Part shown: positions 29,120 through 37,779 of the stretch, one piece after another
How the letters are laid out: each line of letters starts with the position of its first letter
Numbering within the stretch: the stretch's first letter is position 1
NCBI GenBank assembly: GCA_021813655.1
Contig: JAKAJU010000183.1
Span: 1-58,386 of the forward strand
DNA: 58,386 nucleotides
Source of the DNA: Chloroflexota bacterium
GTDB taxonomy: Bacteria > Chloroflexota > Limnocylindria > Limnocylindrales > CSP1-4
Direction of reading: 5' to 3'
Program-made: the position numbers and the translations under genes
The notes under the pieces: generated by a model
The model's input: only the letters and a program-made list of their open reading frames with translations
Databases searched by the model: none
What the model was told of the DNA's origin: nothing

Positions 29120-29814
29120 GCGGCGCATCGCCGGCGGACCGCGAGCGCGAGCGTCGCGGGCTCGTCGGTCCCTTCACCGGTCGGCAGATCGCCTTCGCGG
29201 CGGTGGCCGTGGCGGCGGCCGCCGCGGCCCTCGTCGTCGTGACCTCGCCGATCGCACCACCCGCACCCGCGCTCGCGCCGCCGGACCCGCAGGCGACGCA
29301 GTACGCGATCGCGTCGGCCGGGGCCGCGCTCCAGGTGGGCCAGCGGCCCCCCGAGCTCGCCGGCGCCGATCCTGCCGGCTCACCCGTTCCCACGGTGACG
29401 GTCGGCGGCGCGCCTCTGTCGCTCGCCGGCCTGCGCGGGAAGGTCGTGTGGGTCAACTTCTGGGCGTCGTGGTGCCCGCCCTGCCGCGCCGAGACTCCCG
29501 TCCTGCGCGACCTGTACGCGGCCCACAGCGCCGACGGACTGGAGCTCGTCGGAGTGAGTGTCCAGGAGAGTTCGGTCGAGGACGTCCGTCGCTATGTCGA
29601 GACGTACGGCGTCGCGTACCCCGTCGTGGCGGACCTCACCGGGGCGCTCTTCCGGGAATGGCGCGTGTACGGCCTGCCGACCCAGTTCATCCTCGACCGC
29701 GACGGTGTCATCCGGGCGATCGTCCAGGGACCCGTGGACGCAGCGACCGCCGAGCGGCTCGTGGCGCCCCTGCTCGCGGAAGCGCCAGGCGCCTCGCCGA
29801 GCACCGGACCCTAG
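29116..29814 (+). CDS. TlpA/ResA family thiol-disulfide oxidoreductase
   Basis: N-terminal TM, LRGKVVWVNFWASWCPPCRAE, GLPTQFILDRDG. Confidence 0.92.
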   Translation: MSGASPADRERERRGLVGPFTGRQIAFAAVAVAAAAAALVVVTSPIAPPAPALAPPDPQATQYAIASAGAALQVGQRPPELAGADPAGSPVPTVTVGGAPLSLAGLRGKVVWVNFWASWCPPCRAETPVLRDLYAAHSADGLELVGVSVQESSVEDVRRYVETYGVAYPVVADLTGALFREWRVYGLPTQFILDRDGVIRAIVQGPVDAATAERLVAPLLAEAPGASPSTGP

Positions 29815-30572
29815 GTGTCGCCCTTCGGGACGGCCCGCGGCGGGCGCCCGTATCGCGCCCGGAGCGCCGCGATGACGTCGGCCGGCTCGAGTCCGCGCTC
29901 GGCGAGCGCGACGAGCGCGTGGAACAGCAGGTCGGCCGCCTCACCCGCGAGCGCTGCGCGCGTCCCCACCCGGTCAGCCCCGGTCCGTTCGGCGTCCGCA
30001 TCGTCCTTCGCCGCGATCAGGACCTCGGTCGCCTCCTCGACCACCTTCCGGCCGGTCGCATCGGGACCGCCGGCGAGGAGACTCACGGTGTACGAGCCGT
30101 CCGGACGGCGCGCCGCGCGATCCTCGATGGTCGCCCACAGGGCCTCGAGCCAGGCGAACCCCTGGACGGAGGCGGATCCGCCGTCCGGGGGCGGCGCACC
30201 CGTACCGGGCGCGTCCAGGTCGAAGCACGAAGCCGTCCCCTGGTGACACGCGGGTCCGGCCGGCTCGACGGTCGCGAGCACCGCGTCCCCGTCGCAGTCG
30301 AGCGCGAGCGACCGCACGCGGAGGACATTGCCGCTCGTCTCGCCCTTGCGCCAGAGCCGCCCCCGCGATCGCGAGAAGAAGTGGAGGTCGCCGGTGGCGA
30401 GCGTCGCCGCGAGCGCCTCCCGCGACGCGTACGCGAGCATGAGGACGCGGCCGTCGCCCGCACCCTGCGCCACGACCGGGACCAGCGCGTCGGGACCCCA
30501 CCGCACGGCATCGGGGTCGAACGGGCGCGTGCCGCTCGCGCCGCCCGGCTCCTGCCGAGGGCCCCCGCTCAT
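29811..30572 (-). CDS. hisIE: bifunctional phosphoribosyl-AMP cyclohydrolase/phosphoribosyl-ATP pyrophosphatase
   Basis: SRSRGRLWRKGETSGN, DCDGD, ACHQG..SCF, SYTVSL, KVVEEATE, EAADLLFH. Confidence 0.96.
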   Translation of the reverse strand: MSGGPRQEPGGASGTRPFDPDAVRWGPDALVPVVAQGAGDGRVLMLAYASREALAATLATGDLHFFSRSRGRLWRKGETSGNVLRVRSLALDCDGDAVLATVEPAGPACHQGTASCFDLDAPGTGAPPPDGGSASVQGFAWLEALWATIEDRAARRPDGSYTVSLLAGGPDATGRKVVEEATEVLIAAKDDADAERTGADRVGTRAALAGEAADLLFHALVALAERGLEPADVIAALRARYGRPPRAVPKGDT

Positions 30573-31348
30573 GCGGCCCTCCCGCTCGCTCGCACCGGGA
30601 TGCCGGCCGCGGCGAGCGCGTCCTTGACGTCGTCGATCGCCAGCAGGCCCCGATGGAAGACGGACGCGGCGAGGAGGCCGGTCGCTCCGCCGTCGCGCGC
30701 CGCCGCGATGAAGTCGGTCGGCGTGGCCGCGCCGCCCGAGGCGATCACCGGCACCGGGACGACGTCGGAGACCGCGCGGAGCAGATCGGTCTCGAACCCG
30801 CTCCGCGTGCCGTCGCGGTCCATCGAGGTCACGAGGAGCTCGCCCGCGCCGAGCTCGGCTGCGGCTGCCGCCCATGCCACAGCGTCGAGCCCGGTCGGCT
30901 CGCGGCCGCCCCGGACGACGACCTCCCATCCGGTCGCGCTGGCCCGCCGACGCGCGTCGATCGCCACGACGACCGCCTGGCTTCCGAACGCGCGCGCGCA
31001 CCGGCGCACGAGCGCCGGCTGCCGGACCGCGACCGTGTTGAGGGAGACCTTGTCGGCGCCGGCGCGAAGGACGGCCCGCATCTCGGGCACGCTTCGCACG
31101 CCCCCGCCCACCGTCAGCGGGATGAAGACCCGTCGCGCCGTCCGCTCGACGACGTCGAGGAACGTGCCCCGTCCCGCCGGTGTCGCGGCGATGTCGAGGT
31201 AGACGATCTCGTCCGCACCCTCGCGGGCGTAGCGTTCCGCCAGGGTCGGCGGGTCCCCCTCGTCCACGAGGTCGACGAATCGCGTCCCCTTGACGACCCG
31301 CCCCGCCGCCACGTCGAGGCACGGGATGACCCTGACCCGGAGCGTCAC
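30569..31348 (-). CDS. hisF: imidazole glycerol phosphate synthase cyclase subunit
   Basis: RVIPCLDV, VVKG, FIPLTVGGG, GADKVSLNT, TSMDRDGT, VIASGG, AASVFH. Confidence 0.97.
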   Translation of the reverse strand: MTLRVRVIPCLDVAAGRVVKGTRFVDLVDEGDPPTLAERYAREGADEIVYLDIAATPAGRGTFLDVVERTARRVFIPLTVGGGVRSVPEMRAVLRAGADKVSLNTVAVRQPALVRRCARAFGSQAVVVAIDARRRASATGWEVVVRGGREPTGLDAVAWAAAAAELGAGELLVTSMDRDGTRSGFETDLLRAVSDVVPVPVIASGGAATPTDFIAAARDGGATGLLAASVFHRGLLAIDDVKDALAAAGIPVRASGRAA

Positions 31349-31989
31349 GCGACCTCCTCGACGGGTCGGGCCGCGCTCCGTCCGCTCGCCCGCGCCGCGA
31401 TCCCGACGAAGTTGGCGAGGAGCCGGAGGCCGTCGCGGCCGCTCCGTTCGGGGTGGAACTGGACGCCCGCGACCGACCCGACTGCGACGGCGGAGGCGAA
31501 CGACACGCCGTACTCGGTCATCCCGAGGACCCCGCCGCCCGTGGCGACCGCGTATGAGTGGACGAAGTAGAAGTCGGTGCCATCCTCGATGCCGTCGAAG
31601 AGCGCGTGCCTCTCCCGGAGGGCCACCTGGTTCCAGCCGATGTGCGGAAGGCGGGGCGCCGACGCGAGCCGGACGACACGCCCGGGCAGCATCCCCAGCA
31701 GGCGCACGTCCTCCTCCTCGCTCGACTCGAAGAGGAGCTGGAGGCCGAGGCAGATGCCGAGGTACGGGCGGCCGTCGTCGACCCACGATCGGATCGTCGC
31801 GTCGAGACCCCGGCGGGCGAGCCTCGCGATCGCGGAGCCGGCCGATCCGACACCGGGCACCACCAGGCCGTCCGCCTCCACCGGACGCGCCGCGCGCAGG
31901 CGGACGGTCCGGGCACCGGCGGCGGCGAGCGCCTGTTCGATGCTCACGAGGTTGCCGGCGCCGTAGTCCACGACCGCGATGGTCGTCAT
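31345..31989 (-). CDS. hisH: imidazole glycerol phosphate synthase glutaminase subunit
   Basis: VDYGAGNL, PGVG, GICLGLQ, PHIGWN, YFVHSY, QFHPERS. Confidence 0.97.
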   Translation of the reverse strand: MTTIAVVDYGAGNLVSIEQALAAAGARTVRLRAARPVEADGLVVPGVGSAGSAIARLARRGLDATIRSWVDDGRPYLGICLGLQLLFESSEEEDVRLLGMLPGRVVRLASAPRLPHIGWNQVALRERHALFDGIEDGTDFYFVHSYAVATGGGVLGMTEYGVSFASAVAVGSVAGVQFHPERSGRDGLRLLANFVGIAARASGRSAARPVEEVA

Positions 31990-32036
31990 CGCGGGCGCAC
32001 GGTGAGGTCGGCGCGGGTGCGCGGCCAGCTGCTCAC
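31986..32036 (-). CDS. 16-aa mini-ORF bridging hisG and hisH
   Basis: GTG overlaps the hisG stop (GTGA) and its TGA overlaps the hisH ATG (ATGA); peptide MSSWPRTRADLTVRPR. Confidence 0.5.
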   Translation of the reverse strand: MSSWPRTRADLTVRPR

Positions 32037-32899
32037 GCGATGAGCTTCTCGATCGGGACGACGAGGATCCCCGACGCCCCGGCAGCCTTGAGGCGCGGCA
32101 GGAGCCCCCACACGTCGTCGGCGCCCACGACCGCGTGGATCGCGATCATGCCCGCGTGCGCGAGCGGGATGACCGACGGCCCCGACAGACCGGGAAGGAG
32201 AGCCTCGAGGTCCGCGAGCCGGTCGGCCCGCGCGTTCATCATGAGGTACTTCCGCCTCCGCCCCTCGAGGACCGCTCCGAGCATCGTCGAGAGAGCGTCG
32301 ATCGCATCGCCCGGCGCGTCCGTGACCCCGGGAGACCGGACGAGGACGGCCTCGCTCGCGAGCAGGTCCCCGACCTCGCGCAGCCCGTTCGCGGCGAGCG
32401 TCTCCCCGCTCGAGACCAGGTCGACGATCGCATCGGCGAGCCCGAAGCGCGGGGCGACCTCGACGGCGCCCGAGAGCGGCACGACCTCCACGCGGATCCC
32501 GGACGAGGCTGACCATGCGCGGACGGAGTTCGGGTGCGCCGTCGCGACACGCAGCCCGCCCAGGTCGCCGAGACACGTGAGCGCCGAGTCCTTCGGGACC
32601 GCTGCCGTGAGCCGACACCTGCCGTAGCCGAGGCGACGGACGACGGGCAGAGAGACGCCGGCCTCGACGAGGAGGTCCGCACCGGTGACGCCCACGTCGG
32701 CCACGTGATCGCGGACGAACTCGACGACGTCCCCGGTCCGCACGAAGAGGATGTCGATCGGGACATTCTCCACGTGGGCGACCAGGCTCCGGTCGCGCTC
32801 CTCGAAGACGAGCCCCGCGTCGTGGAGGAGGTCGAGCGTGGGTCCCACGAGCCGGCCCTTGTTGGGGACCGCGAGCGTGACCCGGCGGGCGCCGGTCAC
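32033..32899 (-). CDS. hisG: ATP phosphoribosyltransferase (long form)
   Basis: LAVPNKGRL, GAVEVAP..GLADAIVDLVSSGETL, C-terminal regulatory domain (LPGLSGPSVIPL...GASGILVVPIEK). Confidence 0.96.
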   Translation of the reverse strand: MTGARRVTLAVPNKGRLVGPTLDLLHDAGLVFEERDRSLVAHVENVPIDILFVRTGDVVEFVRDHVADVGVTGADLLVEAGVSLPVVRRLGYGRCRLTAAVPKDSALTCLGDLGGLRVATAHPNSVRAWSASSGIRVEVVPLSGAVEVAPRFGLADAIVDLVSSGETLAANGLREVGDLLASEAVLVRSPGVTDAPGDAIDALSTMLGAVLEGRRRKYLMMNARADRLADLEALLPGLSGPSVIPLAHAGMIAIHAVVGADDVWGLLPRLKAAGASGILVVPIEKLIA

Positions 32900-33267
32900 G
32901 ATGCGCCCGTCCGATCGCCGACCGCGCCGGCCGCGGCGCCACTTCCCCCGGCCGCGGCGCCACTCTCCCCGTCGTGACCGGCGCGCTCGAGGAGCAGGAG
33001 GTAGCCACCCGCACCGTGGTGCAGCCACGCCGCGATCCGCGTGATCGTCGCGGTGCTCGCGCCGGTGATCCGGCTGATGTCCCCGTAGTGGCGGCCCCCC
33101 GCGAGGAGCCGCACGACAGCCCAGCGCTGGGCGAGGTCGTGGATCTCGCCGAGGGTGCACAGGTCGCGGAGGAAGGCCGCAGCCTCCTCCCGGGTGCGCA
33201 GCAGCAGGAGCGCGTCGAGGAGCGCGTCGGCGTCCGGCGTGCGCCAGTCGTCCGCGGCGGGAAACAC
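32896..33267 (-). CDS. TrpR/YerC-YecD family transcriptional regulator (HisR-like)
   Basis: FLRDLCTLGEI..LAQRWAV..L, YGDISRITGASTATITRI; AGGAGG SD. Confidence 0.9.
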   Translation of the reverse strand: MFPAADDWRTPDADALLDALLLLRTREEAAAFLRDLCTLGEIHDLAQRWAVVRLLAGGRHYGDISRITGASTATITRIAAWLHHGAGGYLLLLERAGHDGESGAAAGGSGAAAGAVGDRTGAS

Positions 33268-33281
33268 GGTGCACCTCCTGC

Positions 33282-33307
33282 TATCGTAGTAGCGTGCTAC
33301 AACGATA
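33282..33307. promoter_or_regulatory. palindromic operator between the yerC-his operon and hisA
   Basis: TATCGTAGTAGC-GT-GCTACAACGATA, 11 of 12 positions complementary; AT-rich island in GC-rich DNA. Confidence 0.75.
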
Positions 33308-34178
33308 CAGCATCGACGGGGATCCAGGTGCCGGCGAGCCCGCGCTCGAGACCGCGGCGGCGGACGGCACCATGCCCTGCCCTCCGGCGGCGGTCGCCGG
33401 CGCTGTCGCCGACGACGGAAGCCGAGGGCGGCCGGCTGACGGGTTCGCGCTCCTCCCCGCCATCGACGTCCGCGGCGGGCGGGTCGTCCGGCTCGTCCGT
33501 GGCGACTTCGCCCGGGAGACCGCCTACGCCGACGACCCGGCCGGTGTGGCCGTGGCGTTCGCCGATGCCGGGGCTCGGTGGCTCCACGTCGTCGACCTCG
33601 ACGGCGCCCGCGACCCCGCGGCGCGCCAGGTCGGGACGCTGGAGTCGATCGTCGCCGCGGTGGGCGGACGGATCGCCGTCGAGGTGGCGGGCGGGATGCG
33701 GGATGAGGATGCCGTGATCGCCGCGCTGCGGGCCGGAGCGGCTCGGGTGGCGATCGGCACGGCGGCGCTTCGCGACCCGTCCCTCGTCCGATCGCTCGTG
33801 CGGGAGGTCGGTGCGGCGAGAGTCGCCGTCGCGCTCGACGTACGGGACGGCCGGGCGCTCGGCAATGCGTGGGCCGGCCGGACCGAGGGCGTGCCCGTCC
33901 TCGCGGCCGTGGCACGCGTGACGGACGCCGGGGCGGCCATCCTCGAGGTCACCGCGGTGGATCGCGACGGGACGCTCGCGGGCCCCGACGTCGCTCTGCT
34001 TCTGGCGGTCCGGCGGGCGACGGATGCCGCGGTCGTGGCCTCAGCCGGGATCCGGTCGGCGGCCGACATCACCGCGGTCCGCCGGCTCGGGTGCGCCGCA
34101 GCCATCGTGGGACGCGCCCTCTACGACGGGACGCTCGCCCTGGCCGACGCGCTGGCGGCGACGGACGGCCGCGCCTGA
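33294..34178 (+). CDS. hisA: ProFAR isomerase HisA (start uncertain: 33294 or 33372)
   Basis: LPAIDVRGGRVVRLVRGD, LHVVDLDGA, EVAGGMR, RDGTLAGPD, IVGRALY. Confidence 0.9.
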   Translation: MLQRYSIDGDPGAGEPALETAAADGTMPCPPAAVAGAVADDGSRGRPADGFALLPAIDVRGGRVVRLVRGDFARETAYADDPAGVAVAFADAGARWLHVVDLDGARDPAARQVGTLESIVAAVGGRIAVEVAGGMRDEDAVIAALRAGAARVAIGTAALRDPSLVRSLVREVGAARVAVALDVRDGRALGNAWAGRTEGVPVLAAVARVTDAGAAILEVTAVDRDGTLAGPDVALLLAVRRATDAAVVASAGIRSAADITAVRRLGCAAAIVGRALYDGTLALADALAATDGRA

Positions 34179-34228
34179 CCGGACGTGCCGTGTCCGCCCT
34201 GCCGCGGGCGGCAGGCCCGCGGCCGCAC

Positions 34229-35086
34229 CTAGCGCGGGACCCAGCGGAAGCGATCGCGATCCCGCTCGAGGCGACCGATCGGGACCTTCGCCTCGTGGGA
34301 GAGGACGACGGTCCATCCCTCGTCCGCGGCCGTGGCGAAGAGCCGCGCCTTCGTGCGGACGGAGTCGAGCGGGAAGTCGTCGAATGCCGTGACCCAGCGC
34401 GGGTTCGCGGACCACGGACGCATCGCGAGGTCGCCGAAGAACGCGAGCGTTCCCCGCGGGCCGCGCACGACGACGCCCTGATGCCCGCCCGTGTGCCCGC
34501 CCGTCGGCACGACGGAGACGCCCGGCAGCACCTCGCGCTCGCCGTCGGCCACGCCCTCGTCGCCCCACGCGCGGACGAGCCGCAGCTCCGGCTGGTCGTA
34601 CGCCGCGATGTTCCGCGGGTTGTCGTCGAGCGCGACCTCCCACTCCGCCCGCTGGGCGACGATCGTCGCGCGCGGGAACCCGCGCCGTCCCTCCGCGTCG
34701 AGCAGGCCGCCCGCGTGATCGAAGTGGAGATGGCTCATCGCCACCACGTCCACCGAGCCCGGGTCGAAGCCGGCCTTCCGCATGGCCGGCAGGATCGGAT
34801 CGCCCTGCACGCCGCGGATCGCCCGCATCTTGTCCGAGATCCGCTCCCCGATCCCGGTCTCGACGAGCACGCGTCCGGCAGGGGTCTCGACCAGGAGGCA
34901 GTTGAGGGCCTGGAGGAGGCGGCGGTCGGCGTCGGGCTCGTCGCCCACGATGTCCCGCCACAGGACCCACGGCGCCGGGCCCAGGAGGGAGCCAGCGTCC
35001 GACCGGAAGCTCCCGGCGACCACGAGCGCGGCGCGCACGCCGCCGCCGAGGTCGATCGTCGCGTCGACCGCGTCGTTCATCGGCAT
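34229..35086 (-). CDS. metallo-beta-lactamase fold hydrolase (YtnP/AHL-lactonase-like)
   Basis: SHLHFDHAGG, GGHTGGH, FFGDL, LSHE. Confidence 0.9.
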   Translation of the reverse strand: MPMNDAVDATIDLGGGVRAALVVAGSFRSDAGSLLGPAPWVLWRDIVGDEPDADRRLLQALNCLLVETPAGRVLVETGIGERISDKMRAIRGVQGDPILPAMRKAGFDPGSVDVVAMSHLHFDHAGGLLDAEGRRGFPRATIVAQRAEWEVALDDNPRNIAAYDQPELRLVRAWGDEGVADGEREVLPGVSVVPTGGHTGGHQGVVVRGPRGTLAFFGDLAMRPWSANPRWVTAFDDFPLDSVRTKARLFATAADEGWTVVLSHEAKVPIGRLERDRDRFRWVPR

Positions 35087-35111
35087 GGGCGGGGTCCCCG
35101 GTCCACCCGCC

Positions 35112-35714
35112 TCACCGACGCGTGCCCGACCCGGGTCCCCGGCGCGTCTTCGCGAAGTCGCGGTGGAACGCCGACTCGGTCGGCTCGGACTGGTCCTGGT
35201 ACTTGGATCCCAGCCCCGGCGACCCATAGGGACGCTCGACCGGCGAGGAGAGCTCGAGGAAGCTGATCTGTCCGATCCGCATGCCCGGGTAGAGGGCGAT
35301 CGGGAGGTTCGAGACGTTCGAGAGCTCGAGGGTCAGATTGCCGCGCCAGCCGGGATCCACGTAGCCGGCCGTGGAATGGATGAGCAGGCCGAGCCGGCCG
35401 AGCGAGCTCTTCCCCTCGAGGCGGGCGACGAGGTCGGCCGGCAGCTCGACCCACTCGAGGGTCTGGCCGAGGATGAACTCGCCCGGGTGCAGGATGAACG
35501 CCTCGTCCTCCCCCACCGTCACCATCTCCGTGAGGTCCGGCTGCGCCTGCCGCACGTCGATGTACGGGTAGCGGTTGTTGCGGAAGACCCGGAAGCTGCG
35601 GTCGAGGTGGAGGTCCACCGACGACGGCTGCAGGTCGCCTGCGTCGTATGGGTCGATGACGATCACGCGCGCCTCGATGCGCGCCCGGATGTCGCGGTCG
35701 GCGAGGACGCTCAT
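35112..35714 (-). CDS. dcd: dCTP deaminase
   Basis: QPSSVDL, RLEGKSSLGRLGL, TAGYVDPGWRG..TLELSN, YPGMRIGQ, SKYQ. Confidence 0.97.
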   Translation of the reverse strand: MSVLADRDIRARIEARVIVIDPYDAGDLQPSSVDLHLDRSFRVFRNNRYPYIDVRQAQPDLTEMVTVGEDEAFILHPGEFILGQTLEWVELPADLVARLEGKSSLGRLGLLIHSTAGYVDPGWRGNLTLELSNVSNLPIALYPGMRIGQISFLELSSPVERPYGSPGLGSKYQDQSEPTESAFHRDFAKTRRGPGSGTRR

Positions 35715-36181
35715 CGTCGGCTCCCATCACGTTCGGAGTAGAGCGTGTCGACCTCGCGCTTGAGGGTCTCGAGGTCCTCGAAGCTCTGGTAGACGCTCGC
35801 ATACCGGATGTACGCGATCTGGTCGAGCGCCCGGAGGTGCTCCATCGCGAGCTCCCCGATCCGTGACGAGGGGATCTCGCTCACCCCGGCACCGCGGAGC
35901 GCCGCCTCGATCTCGTCGGCGGCGCGGTCGGCGGCTCCGTCGGGGACCGGACGGCGGGTGAGGGCCTTCCGGAGGCCGGACAGGACCTTGGCTCGGTCGA
36001 ACTCCTCGCGCCGGCCGTCCCGCTTGAGCACGATGAGCCGCGCTGCCTCGATCCGCTCGTACGTGGTGAAGCGCGCCCCGCAGCCCGCGCACTCGCGCCG
36101 GCGGCGGATCGTCGCCTGGTCCTCGAGGTCGCGCGAGTCAACGACCCGCGTCTCGCGCTCGCCGCACTGCGGACAGTGCAT
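35711..36181 (-). CDS. nrdR: transcriptional repressor NrdR
   Basis: MHCPQC, VVDSR, IRRRREC..C..RFTTYE, ATP cone, AYIRYASVY. Confidence 0.98.
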   Translation of the reverse strand: MHCPQCGERETRVVDSRDLEDQATIRRRRECAGCGARFTTYERIEAARLIVLKRDGRREEFDRAKVLSGLRKALTRRPVPDGAADRAADEIEAALRGAGVSEIPSSRIGELAMEHLRALDQIAYIRYASVYQSFEDLETLKREVDTLYSERDGSRR

Positions 36182-36207
36182 CGCTCTCCTCGTCACTGCC
36201 CCGCCGA

Positions 36208-36254
36208 CCACAAGATGTCGTGGCCGGAGCGAAGGATACCACCAGATGTGACGC
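36208..36254. promoter_or_regulatory. tandem NrdR boxes flanking a -10 element
   Basis: CCACAAGATGTCGTGG (36208-36223) and a weaker CCACCAGATGTGACGC (36239-36254), starts 31 bp apart; minus-strand TATCCT lies between them. Confidence 0.7.
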
Positions 36255-36256
36255 TC

Positions 36257-36787
36257 TCAGCCTCGCCTGACGGCGCCCTGGGGGCGGTTCGCCGCGCCCG
36301 CGTGCCGGGCGAACGCGTCGCGCGCATGCTGGAGTTCGAGGTAACCGCGCTTCACAGACGCGTGGCCCTCGAGGTCGTTCACGCGGGCCGAGGCCGCGAC
36401 GAGCTTCCGTGCGCCGTGCTGGGCCCGGTCCAGGGCGCGTTCCGCCCGCCGCAGGTCTTCCACGAGCTGCACGCGCAGGGTTTCCGACGGCAAGGCGGCC
36501 GGAAGCGAATCGACCTCGGAGACGAAGCCGTCCACGGCGGTGAGCGCCGCGTCGATCGCCGGCAGTGCGTCCTCCGCCCCCATCCGGTGACGGCGGAGCT
36601 CGTCGATCACGTCCAGCGAGCTCGCGATCGAGGCGTCCACCCGGGCGGCGACGGCTGCCAGCCCATCCGCGAACGCGCGCGACTCGCGGCTTTCCCGGCC
36701 GACCGTCCGGCTCCGGATGATGACGTAGACGACGAGACCCGCGAGCGCGATGAAGGCGAGGAGCGCGCCGACCCGGATCGCGTCCAC
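36257..36787 (-). CDS. hypothetical protein, single N-terminal TM plus helical domain
   Basis: GC3-biased open frame between etfA and nrdR; hydrophobic N-terminus; no recognised motif. Confidence 0.65.
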   Translation of the reverse strand: MDAIRVGALLAFIALAGLVVYVIIRSRTVGRESRESRAFADGLAAVAARVDASIASSLDVIDELRRHRMGAEDALPAIDAALTAVDGFVSEVDSLPAALPSETLRVQLVEDLRRAERALDRAQHGARKLVAASARVNDLEGHASVKRGYLELQHARDAFARHAGAANRPQGAVRRG

Positions 36788-36798
36788 GGGCCTGCCGG

Positions 36799-37779
36799 TC
36801 AGCCTCTCCGGCCCCGGATCTCCGCGGCAACCGCCGGTCCCACCTCGAAGAGGTCGCCGACCACGTACAGGTCGGCGTACTCCGCGAGCGGGGCATCCGG
36901 GTCCCGGTTGACCGCGACGATCGTCTCTGCCGCCTGCATCCCCACCTTGTGCTGGATCGCGCCGGAGATCCCGAGCGCCAGGTAGAGCGCCGGTCGGACC
37001 GTCTTGCCCGTCTGGCCGATCTGCTGGGAGTAGTCGATCCAGCCGGCGTCGACCGCGGCCCGCGTCGCCCCCACGGCGCCACCGAGCAGATCTGCGAGCT
37101 CGGAGACGATGGCGAAGCCGGCGGGACTCCCGACCCCACGGCCCCCGGCGACCACGACCCGCGCCTCCTCGATGGGCGCAGCCGCGGCGGCGGCCGCGAC
37201 GCGGTCGAGGACGGCGACGGCGGGGAGGTCGGCCACGTCGTCCACGGCGACGGCCTCGACGCGACCCGGCGTGCCGGCCGCCTCGGCCGCGATGACGTTC
37301 GGCGTCAGGAGGACGATGCCGCGGTCCGCCGAGAAGGCGCTCGACGTCAGGATCCGGCCGCCGAGGACGCTCTCCTCCACGACGGGCCCAGCGTCCGCAT
37401 CCCAGCCCACCGCGATCGCGTTGGCGAGGACCCCCACCCCGAGCATGACCGCGAGGCAGCCCGCCAGGTCGCGGCCGTCGGGAGTGGCGCCGATGACGAT
37501 GTAGGCGGGCTCCTCGACGCGCGCGAGCGCGGCGATCCGCGCGGCGGCAACCGCGGCCGGCGGCCGCTCGTCCGCGAGGTGCGAGACGACGGTGATGACG
37601 CGAGGGATGTACCCCGCCAGCTCGGCGGCCGGACCGGCGGGATCCGCGGCCACCAGGACCGCCGCGCTCTCGCGACCGCTCGCCTCGGCGAGGCGGCGAG
37701 CGACCGTCGCAGCCTCCGTCGAGAGCCGCGTGGCCGCGCCGTCGGCTACCTCGCCGACGGACCAGATCGCGCCGGCCAT
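36799..37779 (-). CDS. etfA: electron transfer flavoprotein alpha subunit
   Basis: VVAGGRGVG, GATRAAVDAGW, QQIGQTGK, GISGAIQHKVGM, AVNRDPDAP. Confidence 0.96.
   Translation of the reverse strand: MAGAIWSVGEVADGAATRLSTEAATVARRLAEASGRESAAVLVAADPAGPAAELAGYIPRVITVVSHLADERPPAAVAAARIAALARVEEPAYIVIGATPDGRDLAGCLAVMLGVGVLANAIAVGWDADAGPVVEESVLGGRILTSSAFSADRGIVLLTPNVIAAEAAGTPGRVEAVAVDDVADLPAVAVLDRVAAAAAAAPIEEARVVVAGGRGVGSPAGFAIVSELADLLGGAVGATRAAVDAGWIDYSQQIGQTGKTVRPALYLALGISGAIQHKVGMQAAETIVAVNRDPDAPLAEYADLYVVGDLFEVGPAVAAEIRGRRG

Noticed and set aside
34229-35086. Beta-lactamase or quorum-quenching call
   Set aside because: The HxHxDH motif only gives the fold; substrate cannot be assigned from sequence.
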